From: Felis catus
Lineage: Eukaryota
Direction of reading: 5' to 3'
Assembly (NCBI RefSeq): GCF_018350175.1
Contig: NC_058373.1
Span: 110,796,001 to 110,860,000 of the forward strand
DNA: 64,000 bases
Shown: piece after piece, positions 1 through 11,770 of the stretch
Layout: each line of letters begins with the position of its first letter
Numbering within the stretch: the first letter of the stretch is position 1
Notes under the pieces: model-generated
Told to the model about the DNA's origin: nothing
Seen by the model: only the letters and a program-made list of their open reading frames with translations
Databases searched by the model: none
Translations under genes and position numbers: made by a program

Positions 1-255
1 TTTTTTTTTTTATTGAGAATTTTAAAATTACTAGTCAGTCTCTTTACTTGTGAACAGTTCTTGTCAGATTTTCTATTTCTTCCTGAGTCAGTCATTGATT
101 TGTGTCATTTAGGAATTCGTTTGTCTAAGTTATCTAATTTATTGGCATATAGTTGTTTGTGGTATTTCCTTATAATCCTTGAAGATATTTATTTTCCGTC
201 TTCAGTGTTCTCCATTTTTACTATGCACGACATAGCTAAATGTAGCCTTCTTTTA

Positions 256-492
256 TTTTATTATTATTATTAAAAAATTTTTTTTTTCTAATGTGTATTT
301 ATTTTTGAGAGAGACAGAGACAGCATGTGAGTGGGTTAGGGGCAGAGAGAGAGGGAGACGCAGAAGTAGAAGCAGGCTCCAGGCTCTGAGCTGTCAGCAC
401 AGAGCCCGACGTGGGGCTCGAACTCATGAGCTGTGAGATCATGACCTGAGCCGAAGTCTGACGCTCAACCGACTGAGCCACCCAGGCGCCCC
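256..492 (-). mobile_element. Feline Can-SINE (SINEC_Fc-like), full length
   Basis: Reverse complement of GGGGCGCCTGGGTGGCTCAGTCGGTTGAGCG head, (CT)n and A tail; 15-bp TSD tgtagccttctttta at 241-255 and 493-507. Confidence 0.93.
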
Positions 493-772
493 TGTAGCCT
501 TCTTTTAAATGTAACTTGTGTGTGCTTTCAATCAGAGGACAAATGTCTACCTTCTGTTCTGGAAAATTCATGTATGTTCCATCGTTGAAAATTGCCTCTC
601 TCCCATTTTCCTTTTTGTTCTGGAACTTTCTGGATCTCTCTGTTCATATTTTCTATCTTCTCTTTTTGCACTGAAATCAGGATGACTTACTCAGGTTTTT
701 TTTTTTTTTTCTTTACATGTTACTAATTCTCTAGCTGTGTTTAATTTTGTTTAACCTACCTATTGGGTTTTA

Positions 773-1139
773 TTTATTTTTTTTAAAGATTTTTTTAAAG
801 TGTTTTTAAATTTTTTATTTTTGTTTTTTAAATATTTATTTATTTTGAGAAAGAGGGAGAGAGAGACAGAGACAGAGACAGTGGGGAGGGTCTGAGAGAA
901 AGAGGGAGGGAGAAAATCCCAAGCAGGCTCTGCCTTGTCAGCACGAGGCTCAGTCCCATGAACTGTGAGATCATGACCTGAGTTGAAACCAAGAGTCCTA
1001 TGCTAAACCCACCTAGCCAACCCAGGCACCCCAGGATTTTTCTTTCAATTTTAAGTAATCTCTACAGCCAATGTGGGGTTTGAACTTACAACCCTGAAAT
1101 CAAGAGTCGCATGCTCTACTGACTGAGCCAGCCCATATG
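773..1139 (-). mobile_element. Nested Can-SINEs (SINEC about 790-1033 in the tail of a shorter, older SINEC)
   Basis: Two tRNA-like heads; outer TSD tattgggtttta at 761 and 1140. Confidence 0.8.
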
Positions 1140-1539
1140 TATTGGGTTTTAAATTTCAATATCGTATATTTCATTTCTGTTTAGTACTTTTTCAAAGTCT
1201 TGCTCAGAGTTTTAGCTCTTGGAGTACCAATTTGTTCCATCTTTTTATTCCCTTGTGATGGCTTTTTGTTGTAGGGTTAGTAATGTTCATACTCTGCTCC
1301 TCCTCAGTGGTTGCAAAGAGTCGGATGCTTAAAAGTATATTTGGGAAGTCTGCACTTACTGGTGATGATGAGCTCTGGGACATATGAAATGTGTGGGTCG
1401 GTGGCTGAGGTGGAGTGGAGGAAAGGATTGTTGGAAGGCTCTTCCCCCAGAACTTTGCGGTATGATTTCTTCTTACGCAGGACTCCGCCCCAGAGTCCCC
1501 TCCTCCGAGCCTTCCCAGGCCTCTTGACCAAACAACGCC

Positions 1540-1750
1540 CCCATCCCCCACTCACACTCTTTCCCCTGCTTTATCTTCTTCATGACATTTATCACTGTCC
1601 AGAAATATATTAGTCATTTGCCTACCATTTGTGTCCTTCCCACTGGGAACGTAAGCTCCTTGATAGCAAGGCTTTGCCTTACGTATTGCCATGTTCTCAG
1701 GACCTGGCATGCAGTTTATATTGCCACTAAATGTGAGTGAGTTTGAGTAA
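1540..1750 (+). mobile_element. L2 3'-end fragment
   Basis: gtaagctccttga...ggacctggcatgcag...aaatgtgagtgagt resembles the L2 terminus. Confidence 0.55.
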
Positions 1751-3054
1751 TCCTGTTTTCAGACAGGAAGTCCTCTCAGCCTGGACGCTGCAGCTTTCAG
1801 CTGGGTTGGGTCTGACCAGGCAGCAGAGACGAGGCGAACAGCTTGGTTTTCCACTCCCCAACCTTTTTCTGGGCCTCCTCTAGGGAAGGTCTTTTTCTCC
1901 CGTAAGAGCTCAGAAAATACCAGCCACCCGTGTGCTTCATTGTGGCCTTTTTCTGGCATATGCTTGCACACCTGCCAAAATCAGTAGTAGGCATTTGAGT
2001 GCCAGAAGACCTGGGGGAAAAAGGGCACCCCCCCCCCCCCCAAGATCTGGTCCGTAACTGCAGGAGGCTGTAACTGAGTTAAGAGGACAGAGCATTCACA
2101 GAAGACTCCTTAGGGTACTTGCCACTCACTGAGCTGCAGTGCGGATGAGTACCCCTCACTGTGACGGGGTGGAGAAGGGCAGCCAGTGCGCTTGGTCCTT
2201 GGGCCATCCCTCAACGGGCACAGAAACCGTTCCTGGAAGCTTCTAGGAGGGAGTTATGAATTCCCAGGTGACTCCATTTTGCCCTCTCTCTGCGGTTGCC
2301 CCTCAGTGTAGGAACTTGTTCTGAGCAAAGTGCCTGAGGGCGTTCCCACAAGGTGGGCTCAGGGGATTCCATCTGCATCTCTTAAGGCCCCACCTGAGGC
2401 CACTTCGAGGAATGAAGAGCTCTGGAAGCAGGATTCCAGGAAACCCTGCCTGGCTTTCCCCTCTTCCCTCCCTGTTGGGCCTTGGGTAAAGGAGCCCATG
2501 GCTCTGGACCTTGAGGTTGTTGTGAGGAGACTACACAGAGGTTTTGTTCAGCACAATGCCTGGTTCACCCCAATAATGTTCCAGTTGGTATTCCAATCTG
2601 GCATTTCGGGAGCCACTCAGTTTCCTGATCTGTAAAATGGCTAATAATGCCTGCTGCCCACCTGCCTCTTCCCTGTGCCCCTGGCTGTTGTAAGGACAAG
2701 GGTTAATATCCTCAGGCTTTGAGGGCCTGGGGTGGGGGAGGAGCCACATAAATGGAGTATTGTTGTGCTGGTGAATGATCTGGCTTTGTTCAAGTGTCTT
2801 CAGTATTTGACTTCCTGCAGTTAGTGTCCCCTTGTGTTTAATTGCTTAGATATTTGCATGTCCTCAGCCGGGCAGTGCATACCTGCCAGACTGTGGCCTG
2901 GGTCCTCACCCCGCTGGGGCCTGCTGAATTAGGGTGAGAAGCCTCATTTCCTCCGTCGGGGGGCCCCCCAGGCATCAGGAATGAAAGAAATGCAGAAAGT
3001 ATGACCCACACGCAGAACTGGTTCTGAATAGGACATTTATTGAAGAGCTTTTGC

Positions 3055-3212
3055 AGGAGGCGGCGGGCACTTTAATTCCCGAGGCTGTTGGTGGCAGCTC
3101 GCTGCTCGCCCCAAGCCTGTTAACCGCTCGGCTGCCGGGGCTGGGAGGGCGCAGCTCCCGGGCCCCAGGTGGCCCTCTCGGTGCTCCGATGGGAGCCCTT
3201 TTGAGGAAGGCG
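3055..3212 (+). promoter_or_regulatory. CpG-enriched patch; candidate alternative first exon of PLEKHG3
   Basis: Local CpG/GC enrichment, ATG 3189, donor GCG|gtaggt at 3212/3213. Confidence 0.4.
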
Positions 3213-4959
3213 GTAGGTACCTGGCTGAGGCCAGGCCAGGGGGCACAAGGGGGCCTGACTCTCAGCTCTGGGCCTCCAGGCCTTTACAAACTACCCCGTG
3301 AAAGCTGGCCAGCCTCAGGTTTGGGGGCAAAAGGTAGGTTTCTCCCTTGGAGGTTCAGAAACCGAGGAACCCCATGTAGGTGTCGGAGAGCTGGGGCTTT
3401 TTTTTGTTTTCTTTTATCCTACCCTGGCTTCTAGTGGATTTGTCAACTGTGGCTGGGTAAGAGCAAGACAGTCCCGTGTTCCTGTTTTAGAGGTGACTGT
3501 AGACGGTTCTCCTGGGGGTTTCAGAGGGCCTTCTGATTTCTGAACATTCAGAGTTGGCTGGTTAGAGAAGGGGCCGCAGTGTTGGAGCGACGCAGCACAA
3601 AAGCGCTTCTGCGCTGGGAAAAGCAGAGTTAATCTCCCACTTCTTCCTGAAGTTTCTTTTTCCCAGAATCCACAGAGGGTGGTTATTTTGGATAAAATCA
3701 AGTGGTGGCAGGTCAGCAAGTGAAAGGAAGTTCTCCCCCACCCTGTGTCCTCCCGGATGGACACTGCCAGGCAGGGGCTGTGCCCGCCACTTCTGGATCT
3801 CCGGGCCACAGGAGCAGGGAGTTCAGGGGGCAGATTGCCACCCTGACTTGACTATGTTTTTAAATGTGAGTCAAGGCCTTGCTCTTCCAGGAGCGGGATT
3901 GTGCTGCCCGGCCTGTGTTGCACCATGCCACGTGCATCCCCTCACCCCAGAAAAGGGACTTTGGTGACAGCCGCCCCTCCTGTCTGCATTCTGGTCTCCT
4001 AACCTCTCAGCTAAGGGAGGCAGCTCCTTTCCTCCCACCTGGGAACTGGTTGGATGAGTTTCTTGGGCCTCCTTGGTTGAGGCCTCTTAGAAGGGAAGGG
4101 GCCAGGGGGGGTGGAGACAGGTGCTGTGGGGTGGAGAGGGGCCCTCCTGGACTCTGGGAGAGGGATCCGGGAAGGGAAATGTATAAGGCCTTGCTGTCTA
4201 AAGGGCTTGGCTGCCTTTGAGAGTCGCCATTTGTTGTGAGAGCCTATACAGTCTGCCTTATAGAAGAAAATCCACTTTCTTAACTTCTCTGGGTCAGGCA
4301 CCAGGCCCAAGATCGGCGTCCTGGGCAAAGAAGGAGGGGTATTGGAGCATTTTTGCTGTAGTGCCTGAGAGACGGGGAAGGCCAGAGTGGTTTGATGGAT
4401 GGAAGCAGTTCACTAAGCGGTGTGGTGGGGAGCACTGCTGCTCACATTTACACACTTTTCTGGGTCTGGATGGTCATGCTCGAAAGTAGAGAGGAAGTTG
4501 CATTTGGGGTAGCCACCCTGTTGGCAGGTTGCCCCTGATTCTAATTTGCTTAGGGCGGGAACGTGAGAATTTGGGGAAGGGAAAAAGTCCTCAGGTGATG
4601 AGATGTATTCTGACCAGTCCCCAGCCCAGGAGAGAGCCTTTGGCCTGGAACCCCAATGGGACATTCTCTTCTGGTTAAGCCCCCATCTGTCAGTTTTCTT
4701 GGTTTCAGAAGCTTCTAATTTACATGAAGCTTTGTGTCTTCACCTTTACTGGGATCCTCCTTTCTGCCCCCTTCACAAGGGTTGGAATGGGTCCTGTTCT
4801 TTCTAGCAGATGCTTCCCTGGGTCCTTCTCTTTTTCTCCTCCCTGAAGCTCTCTACGAATAGTCAGCACCTTCTTGGGCCTCTGGATTCTTCCTGAACAC
4901 TCTTTGGCTATATGGACCCCTGCTCCCATAGCCCCACGTGGGGTTTGTCGCTTTTTGGG

Positions 4960-5470
4960 GCATATTCTCACACCTCATCTCCTAGAGCCCTTCCCTTACT
5001 GTCCCGGTAGTTGTTCTTCCAGGCATGGCTCGGGTGTGTCCTTTCCCGCCATTGCCGATGCCTACAGTCTCTCCCATTCCTGCCAGCCTGGCCTCTTGCT
5101 GCCAGCCACCCCAGGTCCTTGGGACGTCCATATCCTTTTGGGACTCAACTCTTCCATGCTGCTGCCTTTGCATCAAGGGCCCTCACGTCCCTTCACCTGC
5201 CAAGTAAAAGCTTATTCATCATTCAAGGCTCAGCTGAACTATCACCTCCTTTAAAGCTGCCCAGGTCACCCAGGTGGCACTAGTTATTCCCTCTTCCTGT
5301 GGGCACAGTTTATGTATTTGTACTTCTGTACCAGCCCTCAAGGCATTGCTTTGTGGATAATTTGTTTAATTTTTCCTTCTAGAATTGGTTCCTCAAAGAC
5401 AGGGACAAGGTCTTATTCGTTTCAGTATCCCTAGGGCCTAGCATCATGCTCAGAAGTGTGGAATGAATTC
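4960..5470 (+). mobile_element. L2 3'-end fragment
   Basis: ttcaaggctcagct...cacctcct...agggacaaggtcttattc...gtatccctagggcctagca...gaatgaat. Confidence 0.6.
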
Positions 5471-6002
5471 CCAAGACTGGAGACAGTCTTGAACTCCCAT
5501 GCTGCTCATGACCCCATTCTCTACCTCCTTTTGTTATTGATGGGCTTGTCTTGTTTCTCTTGATAGAGTATCCGCTCTTGAGAGCAGGCTCTGTGTGTGA
5601 TTCATCTCTGTGTCTCCCACAAGGCTGCCACAATGTCTTTGTGCAAAGTGAGTGCTTGAAAATACTTGTCCAGTGAATTCTGAAGCTCACGACTTAGGAA
5701 GGGCAAGGACTGTTATCTCTAAATGAGAGGGTAGACACTGTGGCAGAGATTGCTCACTGCCTTACTCCTGATCTGTCATCCAGCTTTTTGGGGGCAGAGC
5801 TGGGGCTGGTTTTGAGCAGTGCTGGCTGGAGTCCCTGGGCTCATACACTTTCTGCTGCTATGCCCCTCTTTGATATTCTCTGTGATTTAGGAAATGGGTG
5901 AATAACAAGGCTCTTCCCACTACCTGATGGTTTTATGTCCTTCCCATGCCCACCTTGGTGCTGGATTTTATTTTATTGTTTTTTTTTAAACCCGAGGACT
6001 AG

Positions 6003-6128
6003 TGAGGCACCTGGGTGGCTCAGACATCCGACTCTCGACTTTGCCTCAAGTCACGATCCCACGTTTTGTGGGTTCGAGCCCCGCATTGGGCCCAGCTCTC
6101 ATAGTCAGAGCCTGCTTGGGATTTTTAC

Positions 6129-6170
<42 letters not shown>

Positions 6171-6260
6171 TCTCTCTCTCTCTCCCTCTCTCCCTCCATC
6201 CTCTCTCTGCTCTCGTGCTCTCTCTCAAAAATAAATAAATAAAAACTTAAAAAGAAAAAA
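6003..6260 (+). mobile_element. Can-SINE with expanded (CT)n tract
   Basis: ggcacctgggtggctcag head, B-box gggttcgagccc, (CT)n about 6128-6226, A-rich tail. Confidence 0.88.
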
Positions 6261-6779
6261 CCAACTCAGGGACTAGTGTCAAGGGTGATTTTTATTGATC
6301 TCCTACTTGTGTTTTTGCTACCTTACATTTCCTTAAATTCTGTTCCTGCTTAGGCTTGTTACCCTCCATAGCTCTGTTCCTCTTTAGCTCCTGGTAGCAC
6401 ATGCTGTCTCTCCCTGTAGAACCCTGAGGAATGTGCCCTGCCTGCTAGAGCAAAGGACTCTGACTCACTTACACTTCATCTTCTGGTTTGTCCTTTCTGT
6501 TGGGCATGGATATCAGACTGTTTTCCTTTCCAGCTGAATTGCTTTCTATTTTTTCATGTAAGATCATGGTTCAAATCGATGTTGAGATTGTAAACGATGA
6601 ATGGTTGGTGGGGGAGGATTAGGTCATGCTAGTTCACCAAGTTTAACACTTTCATCTTTATTATTAATTTGGGATGTGGGTAAACATTTTAGGCACAAAT
6701 GGGAAAAAATCTCTTGTCCCAGTGCTTGTGGGACAAACTTTATCCATCCTTGTCATCCTGCCATTTATAGTGGGCTTAC

Positions 6780-6990
6780 TGTGTGTCAGATGTACAGATT
6801 GGTTTATTTGTATCATCTCAGTCTTGGAGACCACTGAGGTTGGTGCTATTGTTCTCATTTTGCAGATGAGGAACTTGAAGCTGTAAGCCCTTGGAGGGCA
6901 GGTGGCTTGCCCAAGGCCACACAGGGCCGGTGAAGGAGCAGCTGGCTTTCAGACCAGGTCTGCCTGACTCCAAAGCCTGTGAATCCATTT
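6780..6990 (-). mobile_element. MIR
   Basis: cattttgcagatgaggaact...ttgcccaaggccacacag core. Confidence 0.65.
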
Positions 6991-7506
6991 AGCGCGTGTA
7001 ACCTCTGCTCCATGGACTTCCATGCACACGTGCACTTGCATATTCTCTCTTCTCTGCTGGGGACGCAGAGGGACCTAACGGGACCCCCTCTGTTCCCACT
7101 TGGTTCCTCCTGAGATTGATTCTCCAATGCCTTTGAACCTGATGCAACAGTAAATGCTGTGACTGTTGAAGGCATGGCTCCTATTTCCTCCCCTCCCCCA
7201 CCCCAGCCTGGAGGCCTGAAATCAAGCAGTCCCTGCAGCGTGGTGGGTGGGGGGTGGGGAGTGTAGGGACAGCAAGGTGGCTAATTTGCCGGGCTGGGTT
7301 CCTGAATTTTGCCAGTAGGCAGTGGAGGTCCTATGAGCCTTTTTGGCCTAGTGAGGAGAGTGTGGGGCCTTTGGGACACTGAATCTATCCATGATTTGTA
7401 GCACCAGCTTTAGCTGCTCCATCTTCTGGGGACATTGTGTCATTTCCCTTAGTGACAGGCTGTGCTGGGAGCCAAGTTGACCTACCCTGGCTGTAAGCAA
7501 TAGCAA

Positions 7507-7683
7507 TTTTTTTTTTAAGTATTATTTATTTATTTTGAGAGAGAGAGAGAGCGGGAGAGGGAGAGAGAGAATGAATGTGAGTGAGGGAGGGGCAGAGACA
7601 GGATGAGAGAGAGAGAATCTCATGACTTGAGCCAAAATCAAGGGTCAGGGATGCTTAACCAAGGGAGCCACCCAGGCGCCCCA
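7507..7683 (-). mobile_element. Can-SINE, internally deleted
   Basis: T tail, (GA)n, ...gagccacccaggcgcccc end. Confidence 0.85.
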
Positions 7684-8304
7684 GGAATGCAATTTCTAAT
7701 CAACAGTAATTGCTCTCATCTGCCTTTCATATATATGTATATGAGACTTCCTGGGAGGAAGCTTTTCCTGCAATATTTGCAGGGGGACCTTATTGTACTC
7801 CCTTCTTCAAATTCCAGAGTGGTTCCTTGGCCACTTTTCCCTTCCTCTCAATTTTTTTGTGACTGATCACTTGATATGTGGCATGATGGCAGGGCAGCTG
7901 TGCCCCTGCTCTAGGCCCTTGTCTGGGGCCAAGTGGGACAGGACTGCTGGGGTGAATGAGCAGTCACTGCTCCTGGTACCTCTCGGCAGATTGGAAACTT
8001 GCTGGCCGTGACTAATGTGGAAACTCATTAGTCTAAGAGGAACTGGCTCAGGCCTTGGTTTTGACCAGTTTATCTTTCACCTACTGTGGGAATGGTGAGG
8101 GGTGCTTTAGCACAATAGTGCAGGTGTTTATTGAGCACCTAGTATGTGCATTGCTCTCTGAGGGGGAAGGAAGGGCACAGGAAAGAAGGCCCAGCCCCCC
8201 TGGGTTTTACCGTCTAGTCCAGAAGAAAAGCATGCACTTACGGACCCCAAGGACCAGCACTTTAAGTGATACTCTGGGTCATTAGAGTTCAAAGGAGTGT
8301 GTAT

Positions 8305-8795
8305 GTATTAGTGTCCTGTGGCTGCCCTAACAAACCCCACAAACTTAGTTGCTTGAAACAGCACGTGTTTATTATCTTATAGTTCTGGAGGTCAGAACTG
8401 AATCTGGGTCAACGGGGCTGTGTTCCTGGGGGAGGCTCCAGGGGGGAGGATTGGTTTCCTCACCCTTTCCGGCCTCCTGAGGCTGCCTACATCCTTTGGC
8501 TCGTGGATCCTTTCCTCTCTCTGCAAAGCTGGCAGCCTGGCAGTCCTCCAGCCTCTTTCTGTCTGTCCCTCTGCTGTTCTTGGCACCTCAGCGTCTGAAT
8601 CCTGCATCCCTCTGGTAAGGATCCCTGTGATCACATCAGGCCCACCCCGGTAACCTGGAGTAGTCTCCCCGTCTCAGGAGCCTCGACTTGATCACGTTTC
8701 AGAGTCTCTTTTGCTGTATAAAGCAACATCAGTAGGTTCCTTATAGCCAATGATTAGGATGTGGATATACTTTGAAGGGGGGCACAGCCTCCAGT
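8305..8795 (-). mobile_element. MaLR solo LTR (MLT1-like)
   Basis: tgtattagt...ggctgcc.taacaaa...cacaaactt..tgcttgaaaca...tttatt...agttctggaggtcagaa signature. Confidence 0.75.
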
Positions 8796-9899
8796 TGTGT
8801 GTGTGTTGAAGGGGCTGGAAGTGGTTGAGGAGGCCCTTCTGAAGGAGGTGATTTGACTGAGTTTGTGTAGGGGGAGAGGGTCCGGGATGCGATATCAGGT
8901 ATGAGAAGCAACAGGAGCAAACGTTGGGGTTGCGGGGTGGTGGGAACAGTGAGTGAGGTGTGGTCTTCCCACTGAGATGAAATGCCAAGGGCTGTCTTTC
9001 CCCTCCACGGCCAGGCTGAGGAGGTTTTCTGGATTTCAGTCTGTTAGGCCCGCATTTCCTCCCAGAATTCAGGTGGGAGGGCTTCATTGGCAGCCGCTCT
9101 CCCTTTCCTTCCCAGCAGCTGAAGTCCTGCTTTAAGGACCCAGCCACATTTGATGGCCCCTGCTGTTCTGGGGTGGTGGGAAAAGGAATTCACTAGGGAA
9201 AATAAATTCATGAGGGGAAATGAATTTGAGCCAGCTGGCCCAGGTTTGTGACCCAGAAACCCTGGTCGCTCTGTTTGCATGGCCTCTGTGACAGTCACGT
9301 TGCTCACATTAACACATCGAACCCAGTTACTCCCCAGGGAGCCTCCCGTTGTCCTTTCTTAGGGTGCTTTGGGCCCCTGAGTCTCCGGGGAGGGTTGGGC
9401 GGGGCCTGAGTAAGGAAGCTGCTCTGGAAAGGGGCAAAGAGCCAGACCCTCTCAGGGATCCTCCTGTCCTCGGGAAAGCCTCTAGGGCTGTGCTGAGAGG
9501 TGTCCTCCCTCTGGCGTGGCCGAGGGGGAGCGGCAAGAAGAGACAGGCAAGAGCCGGGCGTGGGGTGGCGGGCGTGGGGTGGCGCGGAGCTGTGGGCGAC
9601 AGCACGGCTGAGTGAGCTCAGCTCCTGTTTGAGATCTCTGAGGAAGTTCACCTTGCTCCTGCCGTGTTTGGAGAAGCCTTAGCTGCTCTCTGTTGCTTCC
9701 TTCTGGTACCCTCTCCGAGGAGCTCCTGACAGGGGAGTTGGGGCATTGTTCCGGGGAAGGTCAAGGGCGCGTGACAGGTTCTGAGAGCCTTTGGAGTGTG
9801 TAGGAAGCCCCTGGGGAGGTGGGTGTGCGGGGGATTTGAGAGCAGTTGCCTTTGGGAGAGCGCCCTGCTCCTTTCCTGCCCGCCTCTAGGGCAGGTGTG

Positions 9900-10172
9900 T
9901 CTGGCTTCCGCTTCTTGGGCGTGGGGTGAAGGGCGGCAGGTGAAAGGATGACGTCAGCCTCCTCCTCCGCACCTGGGCCCAGCCTGACTGAAGCAAAATG
10001 TTTTCTGGGGCGTCTCCAGAGCTGGCCCGCGCAGAGGGCTGTCCAGCGGGCGCCCCTCTCCCTCTCCTGCCTTCTCAGCCCGCAGGCCAAGGAGGGAGGG
10101 CCAGAGGGGATGTTGCTGAGTCCTGGGGGTTTCCCAGGACCAGAAAAGGAGAGGTTCTCCAGAAGGTTCCCG
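9900..10172 (+). promoter_or_regulatory. Candidate alternative PLEKHG3 promoter and first exon
   Basis: CTTCCG (ETS-like) 9905, GGGCGTGGGG about 9917, GGGCGG 9931, full CRE TGACGTCA 9949-9956, donor CCG|gtgagt at 10172/10173, G-runs just downstream. Confidence 0.5.
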
Positions 10173-11599
10173 GTGAGTGCCTCGCTCTGGGACCATCATT
10201 TCTGAAGTTGGCGGGGCAGGGTGGGGGGGGGGGGTGGGGGTTGGCAAGGTGATGTCACTTTTGCCTCAGTGACCAGAGGTCTGAGGACAGAACATGGGGG
10301 CTAATTGTGGGTTTTGTCATTTTTTCTGTTGGAGGCAGGGGTGTGGGTTCGGTTGGGGGCCTGGTGCTGAAGCCTGGTGAGGAGGAGGAGGTGTGGGACT
10401 TGACCCCCGTTCAGCTGTGCTGGGAGTCCTAGAGGCCTGCTGCAGCCTGCCTCTCTGCCTGGGGAAGGTCCTCAACAGGCGGAGTTGATAACCTGGAGAG
10501 GTGTGGGTGGAGGAAGGGTGCGGATTGTTAAATTTAGAGAACGTTAAAAAAAAAAAAAAGAAAAATGAATCTCCATTCCTCTCGTGCCTCTGCCTCCCCC
10601 CTCCCCAAAATGTATGTCTGAGCCGCTTCTTGGGTCCGTCAAAAAGAAAGGCTTAGGGGACCGTCACAGGTGCGGGACTGGAGAGACAGAGTTTTCCAGA
10701 AGACTGATTCATTGATTGATGATTAGACTGACTCATGTTGAGGGATGGAACAGGTCACGGCTGGGGGACACTTAGGGGAACTGGAGACTGGGCGTGGTAG
10801 GGGGCGGTGGGTGTGGGCATCTGGCTTGGGGGTTTGGCTGCTCTCTGTCACCTCCTTCTCTGGGCTCCCACTTCCCCAGCAGACTGTGTCTTCCAGATGA
10901 GTTTGAAGACCTGGATCTAATCTTGGCTTTGAGGTGACTCTTAACAGTTTGGGGCGATACTCAGGGAAGAGGAAGGAAGGAGAGGTTGCCTCTGCCCAGG
11001 GGCATGTGGGCAGTCCTTCTGCCGTCTCTTTGGGAGTCCGAACCACACACAGTATTGGTTGGGATCAGGCTTTTAGGACCAGAGTGTACTCAGAGTCTAC
11101 TAACAGCCCCCCTGTACTCTGCCTGGTTTGCTCTCACGGCCCCACATGCTTGTCATCCTCCCTTTTTGGGTCTTTAAGTTGTTTTCCAGCAAGCTTCCTG
11201 TCCTGGACAGCCTTGTGATCCTGGGGCTCCTGGTCCCTGCGGAGCTTGTCTCATGCGAGGAATTATAGTCCGATCCTGGTGACCTCAAGCTTTTCCGCTT
11301 CTCCGTGACCTGCTCTCCTTTGACTTGGAATCTGTATTTTACCACATTGTTCCAACTGGAGGGCACGGGCCAGAGGTCACATAGTAGCGGGTCTAGAAAT
11401 AGCCGGAAGGAATCTTTAACTTTCATTCCTTTACCTCTGTGGCCTTTGTTAGGATAAATGAAGTATGGCGGTAAAACAAGTCTTTATAAGCCCCCCACCC
11501 ACGGTTTATGGTGAAGCAAAGCCAATGCATTCAGGTCTGTGACTAATTGTGGCCCTGGCTTGGGTAAAATCCATTAGGGAGGCAGCAGCTGGGGCAGGG

Positions 11600-11770
11600 G
11601 GCCTTAAACACTGGAGCCTGTGTGCCTGAATTCAAATCCAGGAGCTACCACATGCTACCCTGTGGCCTCAAGTTTCTGTGTCTGTAAAATGGGGGTAGTA
11701 ATGGTGCTGACCTTGTAGAGTTGTTAGGAGATGGAAGTGACCTGTTTCTGTAGCACTTAGAATGCTTCAG
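11600..11770 (+). mobile_element. MIR
   Basis: gcctcaagtttc...tctgtaaaatggggg core. Confidence 0.6.

Larger units (their letters stand above)
14..1450 (-). mobile_element. Old L1 (L1M-type) fragments interrupted by SINEs
   Basis: T-rich antisense L1 ORF2-like text (cagattttctatttcttcctgagtcagt...ctaatttattggcatatagttgtt). Confidence 0.6.

Noticed and set aside
256..492. tRNA-like A/B boxes here and in other SINE heads
   Set aside because: They belong to tRNA-derived Can-SINEs with (CT)n, A tail and TSDs, so they are not tRNA genes.
299..571. ORFs containing GAWVAQSV (also at 21637, 35178 and 58523)
   Set aside because: Recurring peptide-like text comes from translated SINE consensus, not a gene family.
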